From Candidatus Omnitrophota bacterium (GTDB taxonomy: Bacteria > Omnitrophota > Gorgyraeia > 1-14-0-20-64-10), in the NCBI GenBank assembly GCA_016177405.1, contig JACOVG010000033.1, positions 41,486 to 105,485 on the forward strand: DNA of 64,000 nt, written 5' to 3'. The translations under genes were made by a program, and so were the position numbers. Below the pieces are notes generated by a model. The model did not search any database, had not been told where the DNA came from, and worked only from the letters and a program-made list of their open reading frames with translations. Shown here in pieces: positions 26,560 to 35,234 of the stretch. How positions within the stretch are numbered: the first letter of the stretch is position 1; each line of letters begins with the position of its first letter.

Positions 26560-27754
26560 GAAAGAAGATATTACCACCCCGCCGCTTAAGTTCGCCGAAA
26601 GAACCCGCTGGGACTTAAGCCCCAACCGGCTCTCTCAAACCTTAAGCCGTCTGCGGGAAGAGGGGTCGGAGGTTTTGGATTTGACCGAGTCCAATCCCAC
26701 CAGGGCGGGGATTCGATACCCTCAAGAGCTTCTCTCCTTTCTTTCCCGGAGCGAATCCCTCCGCTACGACCCCAGCCCCCGCGGGCTTGGCCCGGCGCGC
26801 GAGGCAGTTGCCTCTGTCTATCGGGCCAAGGGGGCGGCCGTGAGCGCCAACCAGATCTTCTTGACGGCCTCCACCAGCGAGGCCTACGGCTTCCTCTTCA
26901 AGCTCCTGTGCGACCCGGCAGATGAGGTGCTTCTGCCCCAGCCGGGATATCCCCTGCTTCATTACCTGGCTGGTCTGCACGATGTTCAGGCGGCCGGATA
27001 CCGCCTGGCGTATGATGCGCGCTGGCGGCTGGACCGAGCCTCTTTCGAACAAGCCCTTTCGGTAAAAAGCCGCGCGGTTGTGGCGATCCATCCGAACTTC
27101 CCAACCGGATCCGGGCTCACCCATGAGGAATGGCGGTGGCTGGCTTCGGGCTGTCAAGCCAGGGGGCTGGCCGTGATCAGCGATGAAGTCTTTGCCGAAT
27201 ATTTTTATCCCGGCGGCGCGGATGGCCTGCCGCCCACCCTCTCCGGTCAGGAGGGGATTTTGACCTTTGCCTTGGGGGGCCTTTCAAAATTCCTGGCTCT
27301 GCCCCAGATGAAGCTTTCCTGGATCGCCGTCACGGGCCCGCCCGCGCGAACCTCCTTGGCGTGCGAGAAGCTGGAGATGATCGCCGACACCTTTCTTTCG
27401 GTGAGCACGCCGGTTCAGCAGGCCCTCCCCCACTGGATCGGCTTTGCCGGCCGGATCCAAGGCCAGCTTCGGAACCGAGTCCAGGCCAACCGCCGGCGGC
27501 TGGCCCAGACGCTTGCCGGCGGCCCCGCCGAGCTTCTGGCCTCCGACGGCGGCTTAAGTGCGGTCCTTCGGGTGCCTGGCTTGGCGCGGGAAGAGGAATG
27601 GGTTGTGAAACTGCTGGCCGAGGATCACGTCCTGGTTCATCCGGGATGCCTCTATGGTTTTGAGGAAGCCGGATTCCTCGTGGTGAGCCTGCTCGCCGAG
27701 GAGTCGGTCTTTCAGGAGGCCCTCCGCCGCCTCGCGGGGAGGCCGGCGGAATGA
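26558..27754 (+). CDS. PLP-dependent aminotransferase class I/II
   Basis: DLTESNPT, HPNFPTG, ISDEVF, GLSKFLALPQMKLSW. Confidence 0.9.
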   Translation: MKEDITTPPLKFAERTRWDLSPNRLSQTLSRLREEGSEVLDLTESNPTRAGIRYPQELLSFLSRSESLRYDPSPRGLGPAREAVASVYRAKGAAVSANQIFLTASTSEAYGFLFKLLCDPADEVLLPQPGYPLLHYLAGLHDVQAAGYRLAYDARWRLDRASFEQALSVKSRAVVAIHPNFPTGSGLTHEEWRWLASGCQARGLAVISDEVFAEYFYPGGADGLPPTLSGQEGILTFALGGLSKFLALPQMKLSWIAVTGPPARTSLACEKLEMIADTFLSVSTPVQQALPHWIGFAGRIQGQLRNRVQANRRRLAQTLAGGPAELLASDGGLSAVLRVPGLAREEEWVVKLLAEDHVLVHPGCLYGFEEAGFLVVSLLAEESVFQEALRRLAGRPAE

Positions 27755-29877
27755 CCCCTGCGCTGCGCGCCTGCGCGCTCTGGCTCCTGATTTCTTTGGC
27801 CGGCTGCGCGGCGCGATCCGACCCGCCGGAGGAGCTGTTCGCCCGGTTCGACGCCCTGGTGGCGTCCAAGGATTACCGGCAGGCCCTGAATCTGGCCGAG
27901 GAGACCCTCAAGAGATATCCGCGCTCCGGCCGCCTGAAGCTCTACCTGGGCCGGGCTGCCTTTCTGAAGGGAGATTTCGAAAGGGCGGCCCAGCGGCTGT
28001 CCGAGGCCTTGAACGCGGGCTGGGGAGGGGTTGAAGAGCGCAGGATCCTTGGCTCAAGCCATCTCTTCCTGGGAAACCTTGAGCAGGCCTCCGGCTTCTT
28101 GGAGACAGCGATGGCGATGGATCCGGCAGACACCGAGGGCCTCAAGGGCTTGGCCTACACCCGTTTTTACCAGGGGCGCGGCCGCCAAGCCGCGGAGCTT
28201 CTTGAGCGAGCCGTTCAAACCGACCCTCAAGATCTGGAAGCCAAAACGGCGTTGGACGCGGTGATGGGATTGACCGGCCGCTGGAGCGCGGCGCAAATGG
28301 CTTGGCACACGGATCAGGGCAGCGGGATGCAGATCGCTTACCCGGGAGGATGGAGCAGGCAAGACAAAAGCTTTCCAGGCCCGGCAGGCAAGGTGGCTTA
28401 CCAGATCTTTTCCGGGTCGGTGCCCGGCGGAGAGGGCCGATACCGCTTCGGGCAATTTCTGATGCTGACCACGATCCACAACGCCGGAGCCCACCCCTTG
28501 CCTTGGCTCTTCAAGGGCTCGCCCGTGACCGGTGAGATTTCCACCAAAACCTTTTCCAGGGATCCCAAGCGGCTGGCGCCCCTGATGAGCCGGGAGGTTC
28601 TGCTGTGGGTGCTGGATCAGTTTCGTTTGACCGCCGGAAGCTTCTCCGTGAACGCCTGGACGGCCCGCCGGGGCCAAGCCACCTACTGCCTGGGCAGGGT
28701 TTCCGGCGAGGATTCCTACGGGAACGACTTCGATGGATTCGCCTTGGGTGTTTACGATCCTTTCTCCGACACCTTTGGAAGTCTTCTGTTGGTGGGGCCG
28801 CGGTCGGCCAGGCACACCGTGGAGCCGTTGTCCCGGGCGATCTTTAACCTGGCCCTTTTCGGGGGAATCGCGGGGGTCCCGCCGGCGCCTGCCGGGTCGG
28901 TTTCCGCCGAAGAGTACCAAGCCAGGATTGAGGCCTTCCTTCAGTCGGAGACGTGGGGCCGGGCCCTGACCGAGGCCCAAGAGGCCGTCAAGCAATATCC
29001 CCAGCAGGCCATTCTCCATTTCCTGGCCGGCGAAGCCCAGCGCAAGATGGGTCAATGGACCCAAGCCCTGGAGGCCTACCAGCGGGCGAGCGGCCTGGGC
29101 TTGTCCACCCTGACCTCGGAACTGGCCCTGGGCGACACGGCCCTGGCGCTTGGGGATTGGCCCCTGGCCCAGAAGGCCTACGGGAGGGTTCTGCGAATCA
29201 AGCCCAGCGATCCGGGCGCTTTGGTTGGAATCGGCATCGGCCTCCTGCGCCAAGGAAATCTGGAGGAGGCCGGCCATTACTTTGAGCGGGCCCGGGTGGA
29301 GGCGCCCCATCTGGAGGTGGTCCGGTACTATGGGGAGATCGCCAAGGCCCAACAGGGCCAAGCCGCCGGCCTGGTGCAGTGGTTCAGGCCCCGGGGCCGT
29401 CCCCGCGACGGCTTCGCGGCTCCGGGGCCTTGGGCTCTTTACGAACTGGATGAAGAGGGAGCGGCCTACCGGGTCCTCTTTTCCCCTGAGGCGATCGATC
29501 CGGCCTCTCCCCAGACGGGAGAGGGCCTGATTTACCTGCGCCAAGAGCGGGCCATGAGCCAGGCCGGCCGGACCAAGGAATCGCAGGACCCCGAGAAGGT
29601 CGCGGAGGATTTTATCCTGGATCAGTTTGAGCGCTTGACCGATCCCCAGAAGGTTCTTCAATTCGTGGGCCTCACCCAGAAACGGGGGAGCGACCGGTGG
29701 GTGGCGGGTCAGATCGGCTTCACCCAGGCCGCCAAGCGATGGACCATGAGGATCTTCTGCCTTTACCAGCCTGCCCGAGACTGCCTGCATGTGCTGATCC
29801 TCCGGACCGGCGGCACCAGCCTCGGTCCTTGGGAGCCCTTCGCGCAGGCCTGTTTCGAGACGGCTGTCTTTGAATGA
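27751..29877 (+). CDS. TPR-repeat lipoprotein with two TPR + alpha/beta modules
   Basis: Lipobox LAGC. Two TPR blocks, each followed by a non-TPR domain. Confidence 0.75.
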   Translation: MTPALRACALWLLISLAGCAARSDPPEELFARFDALVASKDYRQALNLAEETLKRYPRSGRLKLYLGRAAFLKGDFERAAQRLSEALNAGWGGVEERRILGSSHLFLGNLEQASGFLETAMAMDPADTEGLKGLAYTRFYQGRGRQAAELLERAVQTDPQDLEAKTALDAVMGLTGRWSAAQMAWHTDQGSGMQIAYPGGWSRQDKSFPGPAGKVAYQIFSGSVPGGEGRYRFGQFLMLTTIHNAGAHPLPWLFKGSPVTGEISTKTFSRDPKRLAPLMSREVLLWVLDQFRLTAGSFSVNAWTARRGQATYCLGRVSGEDSYGNDFDGFALGVYDPFSDTFGSLLLVGPRSARHTVEPLSRAIFNLALFGGIAGVPPAPAGSVSAEEYQARIEAFLQSETWGRALTEAQEAVKQYPQQAILHFLAGEAQRKMGQWTQALEAYQRASGLGLSTLTSELALGDTALALGDWPLAQKAYGRVLRIKPSDPGALVGIGIGLLRQGNLEEAGHYFERARVEAPHLEVVRYYGEIAKAQQGQAAGLVQWFRPRGRPRDGFAAPGPWALYELDEEGAAYRVLFSPEAIDPASPQTGEGLIYLRQERAMSQAGRTKESQDPEKVAEDFILDQFERLTDPQKVLQFVGLTQKRGSDRWVAGQIGFTQAAKRWTMRIFCLYQPARDCLHVLILRTGGTSLGPWEPFAQACFETAVFE

Positions 29878-29989
29878 GGGGGTCTTGACAAGGTCGAGGG
29901 CCTTGTGGGATACTCGCGAAACGCTTTTTTTGGGGTAGTTAGAGTTGGGGCCACGGTGGTTTCAGGTGAACGGAGGTAATCAAGTCGCC

Positions 29990-30193
29990 ATGCCAAAAGG
30001 AACGGTGAAGTGGTTCTCGGATCAAAAGGGATATGGGTTCATCACCCCGGAGGACGGAAAGGATGTTTTCGTTCACTACAGCGCGGTCACCGGGGATGGG
30101 TTCAAGTCGCTGCGTGAAGGGGAGACGGTGGAGTTTGAGGTCACCCGTGGTCCCAAGGGAGAGCAGGCCGCCAACGTCAAGCGCTTAGCGTAA
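29990..30193 (+). CDS. cspA: Cold-shock protein (CspA family)
   Basis: [29 protein letters not shown]. Upstream TTGACA-18-GATACT. Confidence 0.95.
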   Translation: MPKGTVKWFSDQKGYGFITPEDGKDVFVHYSAVTGDGFKSLREGETVEFEVTRGPKGEQAANVKRLA

Positions 30194-30214
30194 ACCAGAC
30201 CCTCCGACTCACCG

Positions 30215-30259
30215 CCGCGGGCCCTTCCACTAAGCCTCTTGAAGGGCCCGCGGGTTTTT
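30215..30259 (+). terminator. Rho-independent terminator after csp
   Basis: CCGCGGGCCCTTC...GAAGGGCCCGCGG followed by GTTTTT. Confidence 0.8.
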
Positions 30260-30286
30260 GGTACAATCGTCCCAGTGGAGTTTACG

Positions 30287-30427
30287 ATGGAGAGAATGAA
30301 GACCGCGACCACGAAGATTTATGAGCCTGTCATGAAGGCCAAGGCCTTCTGGCGGATGGCGGACTGGGTCTGCCTTCGCCATCCGGCCTTCCGGTCGTGG
30401 AGTTTCAAGGAGGCAACCCCAAGCTAG
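30287..30427 (+). CDS. 46-aa small ORF, possible leader peptide
   Basis: Promoter TTGAAG-17-TACAAT (30239-30267), GGAG SD, followed by a terminator. Confidence 0.45.
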   Translation: MERMKTATTKIYEPVMKAKAFWRMADWVCLRHPAFRSWSFKEATPS

Positions 30428-30461
30428 AGCTGAAAGCTTAAAGAAACTCAAGGTCTTCAAG

Positions 30462-30497
30462 AACCCACGATCGGAACAACCGAGCGTGGGTTTTTTT
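30462..30497 (+). terminator. Intrinsic terminator/attenuator
   Basis: AACCCACG-A-TCGG-AACAA-CCGA-G-CGTGGGTT followed by a T tract. Confidence 0.8.
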
Positions 30498-30534
30498 ATT
30501 GCGCGAGCCGCTTACAAAAAAAAGGAGGTTCACG

Positions 30535-30753
30535 ATGAAAGCGATCGAAGAAAACGCCAGGGGTCCGACCCTGACGCTGTTGAGGGTCAAAAAACACCCG
30601 GTGAAGCTGACGGCCCTCTTGTACTTGAGGGAGGCCCTCTTAAGGGAGCGCTATGAGCGCTGCCCGGAGTTCATCCGGATCGCCAAGGAGTGGGGGGCGA
30701 AAGGGCGGGAGATCGAGGAGCTGCTGGAAGATGCCCGGCGATTGCCGCGATAG
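30535..30753 (+). CDS. 72-aa hypothetical protein (UVR-like helical motif possible)
   Basis: Perfect AAGGAGG SD. LTALLYLREALLRERYERCPEFIRIAKEWG. Confidence 0.7.
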   Translation: MKAIEENARGPTLTLLRVKKHPVKLTALLYLREALLRERYERCPEFIRIAKEWGAKGREIEELLEDARRLPR

Positions 30754-30754
30754 C

Positions 30755-31627
30755 CTAGGCGGCTACCGCGACCGGCGGACTCTGGTCCGCCTTGGCGATC
30801 TGTTCCGGCTTGGGAAGCTGGATGCCGCCTGCCAGGCCCAGAAGCGCAAGAAGCCGGATGGTGAAGTAGGTGAGGTCCATCTCCCACCAGCGAAGGCCGT
30901 GGGCCGCCGAACGCAGGAAGGCGTGGTGGTTGTTGTGCCAGCCCTCGCCGTAGGTCAGCAAGGCCACCCACCCGTTGTTGGTGGAGCGGTCGCCGGTGGC
31001 CCATTTCCGATAGCCCCAGATGTGGGCGGCGGAATTGACCAGCCACGTGCAGTGCCAGACGAAAACAGTTCTGGCAAAGATACCCCACACGACAAAGGGC
31101 CAGCCTCCCCAAAGATAGAGGAAAAGGGCCAGGATCAGCTGATACCAGCCGTGGGTGGCGTTGAGAAACCGGTAGACCGGATCCTTGGCCAGATCCGGGG
31201 CGAATTCCCGGTACTTCTCAAAGCGGTCGAGCTGCTCGTCGAAAGCGAAGAGCCATCCCATGTGGGCCCACCAGAAGCCGCGGGTGGGGGAGTGGGGATC
31301 CCCTGCCTCGTCGGAGCGGGCATGGTGCATGCGGTGGATGGCCACCCACTTGATCGGCCCGTTTTGATAAGCCAGACACCCGCAGAGGGCCAAAAGGTAT
31401 TCCAGCGGTTTCCAGAGTTCAAAGGAGCGATGGGTGAGAAGCCGGTGGAAACACAGGCAGATCCCCAGAGCCCCCGTGATCCACTGCAGGGCAAAGAAGA
31501 TCCAAAAGGCCTCCCAGCTGAAGCAAAAGGGGGCCGCCAGCGCCCCCAGGTGCAGGAGGGTAAAACCCACGGCGGAGTCCCACTTGAACCGCGGGCGGTT
31601 AAGGGCCGCCACCACGTCGGAATTCAT
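30755..31627 (-). CDS. Delta-9-type fatty acid desaturase
   Basis: His boxes HRLLTH, HRMHH and HNNHH. GDPHSP, GEGWHNNHH. Confidence 0.95.
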   Translation of the reverse strand: MNSDVVAALNRPRFKWDSAVGFTLLHLGALAAPFCFSWEAFWIFFALQWITGALGICLCFHRLLTHRSFELWKPLEYLLALCGCLAYQNGPIKWVAIHRMHHARSDEAGDPHSPTRGFWWAHMGWLFAFDEQLDRFEKYREFAPDLAKDPVYRFLNATHGWYQLILALFLYLWGGWPFVVWGIFARTVFVWHCTWLVNSAAHIWGYRKWATGDRSTNNGWVALLTYGEGWHNNHHAFLRSAAHGLRWWEMDLTYFTIRLLALLGLAGGIQLPKPEQIAKADQSPPVAVAA

Positions 31628-31710
31628 GCTGGTACGTTAGCATGGGCGCGTTCCCGAAGTCAACCCTGGCCCTCCTTGACGGGTTCTCTGGCCTCTGGTA
31701 GGGTGGGGGC

Positions 31711-32820
31711 ATGAGGCTTCGTTTTCGGGAATTCTTTGCCGTGGCCCTCGCATTGGCCCTGGCCTGGGGCTTGCGGGGCCAGCACGGTCACGAGAGGGGC
31801 GCCGCCATCGTGGGCGCGATGGCCGGCCTTTCGCTGGCTGCCGCCACGGGGGGAGCCCGCTGGATCGGGGCCGCGGTGATCGGTTCCCTCGGTTTTGCCA
31901 TCGGCGGCGCTTTAAGCTACGGCCGTTTTGTCCATCTGGCTTATGAGGGTTCCTGGGAGGCGATCGGTTCCCTGGGGCTGATCGGCCTTGGCTGGGGGGG
32001 ATTGGGCTGTTTGGGCCTGGGCCTGGGCCTGGGGATCGCGAGGTATCGGCCGTGGGAAAGGGCCGCGCTGGCCGGCGGTTTGTTCCTGGTCTGGTTTCTG
32101 GTGGACCGGCTGCTCTGGGGGCACCTGAAGGGGCCTCAAGATTTGGCCACCCGGGAGCTGATGGCGGTGGTTCTTTTAGGGGCGTGGGCGCTGTTCTCGG
32201 CTTATGTGGGGGCCTGGCGGCAGGACAAGGATTCCCTGAAGCTCGCCGCCATCGGGGGCGCCGGATTTGGTCTTGGGTTTCCCTTGGCGGCCTGGGTGCA
32301 GGGGTTGGGAGGTTTAAGCGGCCTGCCGGTGGATTGGTGGAAAATGGGGGAGCACCTGATCGGCCTCCTGGGCGGCGTGACCCTGGCGGCGGCCGTTCAG
32401 ATCCTTCCCCCCACCTGGAATTTGCCCTTGGCCATCCGGCCCTGGGAGCGATGGCTCGCCTTCGTGTGGCTACTTTGGCTTCTTCCCGTGTGGCTCATTG
32501 CCAACAACCTGGATTACTGGATCGCGGAGCGAGCCCTTCTTCCTTTGTGGGCGGGCAAGGTGGTGTGGAGTCTCCTCTTTCTTATCCTGGCCGGATTGAT
32601 CCTCTACGGTTTTTTCGAGATTCGGCGGGGCCGGGCCTTTGTCACCTCGTGGCTTCCGAAGCGCTTGAGGGGAATCTTTCTTGCCTTCCTTTGGATCACC
32701 ACCGTCATCGGAAGCTCCAAAACCATTCTGGCCGAGGGATTTACCACCACCTCCATCGGCTTCTTCGCGCTGGCAGCCCTCATTACCCTGTCTCTGCGGC
32801 CCAGCCGCGCCTCTAGATAA
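31711..32820 (+). CDS. Polytopic membrane protein of unknown function
   Basis: About 10 TM helices. Motifs AWGLRGQHGHERGA and DWWKMGEH. Confidence 0.7.
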   Translation: MRLRFREFFAVALALALAWGLRGQHGHERGAAIVGAMAGLSLAAATGGARWIGAAVIGSLGFAIGGALSYGRFVHLAYEGSWEAIGSLGLIGLGWGGLGCLGLGLGLGIARYRPWERAALAGGLFLVWFLVDRLLWGHLKGPQDLATRELMAVVLLGAWALFSAYVGAWRQDKDSLKLAAIGGAGFGLGFPLAAWVQGLGGLSGLPVDWWKMGEHLIGLLGGVTLAAAVQILPPTWNLPLAIRPWERWLAFVWLLWLLPVWLIANNLDYWIAERALLPLWAGKVVWSLLFLILAGLILYGFFEIRRGRAFVTSWLPKRLRGIFLAFLWITTVIGSSKTILAEGFTTTSIGFFALAALITLSLRPSRASR

Positions 32821-32853
32821 ACTTACCGTTACTATTAAAATTTTCTTGACCCC

Positions 32854-32882
32854 TTGCTTTATTCCCTTCCATAGGCCATGCT
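32854..32882 (+). promoter_or_regulatory. Promoter TTGCTT-17-CATGCT of the pilus/T2SS-like operon
   Basis: Same architecture as 46947 and 52735 (GGC before the -10, GTGA after). Confidence 0.6.
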
Positions 32883-32947
32883 TAAAAGTGATGAACAAGA
32901 ATGAAATACAAATAAGAAAACTGATAAAAACTGAAGATTGGTAAAGC
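32881..32947 (+). repeat. 10-bp-phased NTGAA direct repeats upstream of the HTH gene
   Basis: CTTAAAAGTG ATGAACAAGA ATGAAATACA AATAAGAAAA CTGATAAAAA CTGAAGATTG GTAAAGC. Confidence 0.5.
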
Positions 32948-33160
32948 ATGAGCCCAGAGATATTGACCATCAATCAAGTGGCCGACCTTCTTCACCTTCA
33001 TGAGATGACGGTCTACCGACTTGCCAAGGAGGGTAAGCTCCCAGGTTTCAAGGTGGGCGGGCGATGGCGCTTTCAGCGCGACGCCCTGGAAACCTGGATG
33101 GTGGACCGGGCGCAGGTGGCCCGCCTGGAGGGGGAAGTTAAAAGGAAGAAGGACGCTTAA
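32948..33160 (+). CDS. Xis/MerR-like HTH_17 DNA-binding protein
   Basis: ILTINQVADLL..TVYRLAKEGKLPGFKVGGRWRF. Confidence 0.9.
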   Translation: MSPEILTINQVADLLHLHEMTVYRLAKEGKLPGFKVGGRWRFQRDALETWMVDRAQVARLEGEVKRKKDA

Positions 33161-33180
33161 GGCCGACAGGAGAAGAAACG

Positions 33181-33579
33181 ATGCCTGGCAAGAACATTCT
33201 GCTGGTGGACGACGAACCGGATCTGGTGCAGTTGGTCAGCTTGCGCCTGACCTCCGCCGGCTACGAAGTGGCGACAGCCATGGATGGACAGCAGGCGCTG
33301 GATCAGGTCAAGAAGGCCAAGCCCGACCTCATCATCTTGGATCTGATGCTGCCCAAGCTGGATGGCTACAAGGTCTGCCGCCTGCTCAAGTTCGATGAGC
33401 GGTACAAGGCGATCCCCGTCCTCATCTTCACGGCCCGGGCCCAGGCCCAGGACATCCAGCTCGCCATGGAGTGCGGCGCCGACGCCTATATGACCAAGCC
33501 CTTTGACGCGGCGGGCTTGCTTGCCAAGGTGAGCGAGCTCATGAACGAGGAGCGCGCCCCGCGAGGGGAAGCCTCTTAA
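33181..33579 (+). CDS. Single-domain response regulator (receiver)
   Basis: ILLVDDE, LDLMLPKLDG, TA, KPF. Confidence 0.95.
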   Translation: MPGKNILLVDDEPDLVQLVSLRLTSAGYEVATAMDGQQALDQVKKAKPDLIILDLMLPKLDGYKVCRLLKFDERYKAIPVLIFTARAQAQDIQLAMECGADAYMTKPFDAAGLLAKVSELMNEERAPRGEAS

Positions 33580-33590
33580 AGGAAGAGCCC

Positions 33591-35234
33591 ATGACGGCAG
33601 CCCGCAGGCGAGAACTTCTTTCGCAGTGGATCGATAAGCTGGAAGGGCGCCTGAATCTGGATCCCCTGATCCAGGAGGCCTGCGGGGCCCTTCTTCGCCT
33701 AAGCGGCGCCGACCGCTGCTCCATCATGGTGCTGGACTCCTCCACCGAGGAGCTGTCCGTCCGATGGGCGGAAGGGATCCGGGTCAAGCCCTTTGGCAAG
33801 GTCAAGTTCAAGCTGGGGGAAGGAATGTGCGGCTGGGTCGCCCAAGCGCAGAAGCCCCTGTACAGCTTTGACGTCACCAAGGAAAACCGGTTTCTTCCCT
33901 CGGCCGCTTCCCGCCCGCGTCCGCTGAAGCCGGTCCGGGCCTTCTGCTGTCTGCCCTTGACCTCGGAGGGCCGCGCCATCGGCGTGGTGAATCTCTCCAC
34001 CTTCAAACCGAAGAGCCGGTTCAGCTCCTACGTCAAGCAGAGGCTGACCCAGGAGTTTTTGAGGAGGCTGGCCAAGGTCATCGCGCAGGCGGCCCTCCTG
34101 CGGGAAACCGAGGCGGCCTCGGAACGCTTCAGAAGGCTTCTTAAGAGCACCTCCGAGACGGTGGCCCAGGTCAGCCACGAGGTCCGCACCCCCTTGACCC
34201 TGATTACCGAAGGCGCGCAGCAGCTCTTGGACGGCATTCAAGGGCCGCTGGATCCCCGGCAAAAGGAGAGCCTCGAAAGGATCAAGGCGCAGACCGGGCG
34301 GATGCTTCGGCTGGTCAACGAGCTGTTGGACCTTTCCCGGATAGAGGCGGGCCGGCTCTCCCTTTACCGCAAACCCCTGGGGATGGGCGAATTGGTTCAA
34401 GAGGCGATTCACCGCTACGAACCGCTGATCGCTCCCCGCAAGCTCACCCTCCAGCTGGATTCGGTCCCGCCGGTCTATGGGGATCGCTCCCGCTTGACCC
34501 AGGTGGTGGAGAACCTCATCACCAATGCCGTGAAATTCACCTCCCCCAGCGGGGCCTTGGGGATCTCCTTGAAGGCCAAGGATCGTTGGGCCGAGCTGGG
34601 GGTGAGCGACACCGGGGCCGGAATGCCCAAGAGGGAGCAGGGGCGCCTTTTCGAGAAGTTCTTTCAAGGGAAGATGCCGGCCGGGTCGGTGGTGAAGGGA
34701 ACGGGACTGGGCTTGACGATCGTCAAGGAGATCGTTCAGCTTCATGCCGGGACGATCCGCGTCCGGTCTCGAGCCGGCGAAGGGACAACCTTCACGGTGA
34801 GCCTTCCACTCTACAGCCCGGCCTTCGCCCTGACCGAGGAGTTTGGCGCGATGCGCCGGCAGTCGGCCCGCGAGGGGACGGCCCTGTGCTGCCAGCTGTT
34901 TACGGCCCATTCCCGGACCCCGGTTTCCTGGCGGGAGGCGGCGGCTCTTTTCTCAAGGCACGTCTCCCGGGAGGACCGGGTTTTGGACCATCCCGAGGGA
35001 GGCCTGGTCATCCTTTCCGTTTCCGATCCCGCCGGGTTTGAGGCGATGCGCAAGCGCCTCGAGGGGGTGTTGAGCGCTCATCCGGAGATGATTCCCCCTT
35101 CCGGGATCGGCTGGGGATGGGCCTTGGTTCCGCAGGAGGCCGCCGACCTCGCCGAAGCCCTGCGCCTGGCCCGCGAGCGCGGCCAGGCGCGTTCGGAGAA
35201 TTTGGTCAAGAGCATCCGGGCCCTGGGAGATTAA
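33591..35234 (+). CDS. GAF sensor histidine kinase with degenerate GGDEF-like C-terminus
   Basis: GAF (LGEGMCGWVA), SHEVRTPL, NLITNAVKF, DTG, GTGLGL, plus a C-terminal extension. Confidence 0.88.
   Translation: MTAARRRELLSQWIDKLEGRLNLDPLIQEACGALLRLSGADRCSIMVLDSSTEELSVRWAEGIRVKPFGKVKFKLGEGMCGWVAQAQKPLYSFDVTKENRFLPSAASRPRPLKPVRAFCCLPLTSEGRAIGVVNLSTFKPKSRFSSYVKQRLTQEFLRRLAKVIAQAALLRETEAASERFRRLLKSTSETVAQVSHEVRTPLTLITEGAQQLLDGIQGPLDPRQKESLERIKAQTGRMLRLVNELLDLSRIEAGRLSLYRKPLGMGELVQEAIHRYEPLIAPRKLTLQLDSVPPVYGDRSRLTQVVENLITNAVKFTSPSGALGISLKAKDRWAELGVSDTGAGMPKREQGRLFEKFFQGKMPAGSVVKGTGLGLTIVKEIVQLHAGTIRVRSRAGEGTTFTVSLPLYSPAFALTEEFGAMRRQSAREGTALCCQLFTAHSRTPVSWREAAALFSRHVSREDRVLDHPEGGLVILSVSDPAGFEAMRKRLEGVLSAHPEMIPPSGIGWGWALVPQEAADLAEALRLARERGQARSENLVKSIRALGD

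Noticed and set aside
32948-33160. Excisionase as evidence of a prophage or ICE
   Set aside because: No integrase, att-like repeat, tRNA or phage genes nearby, and it is embedded in a pilus operon.
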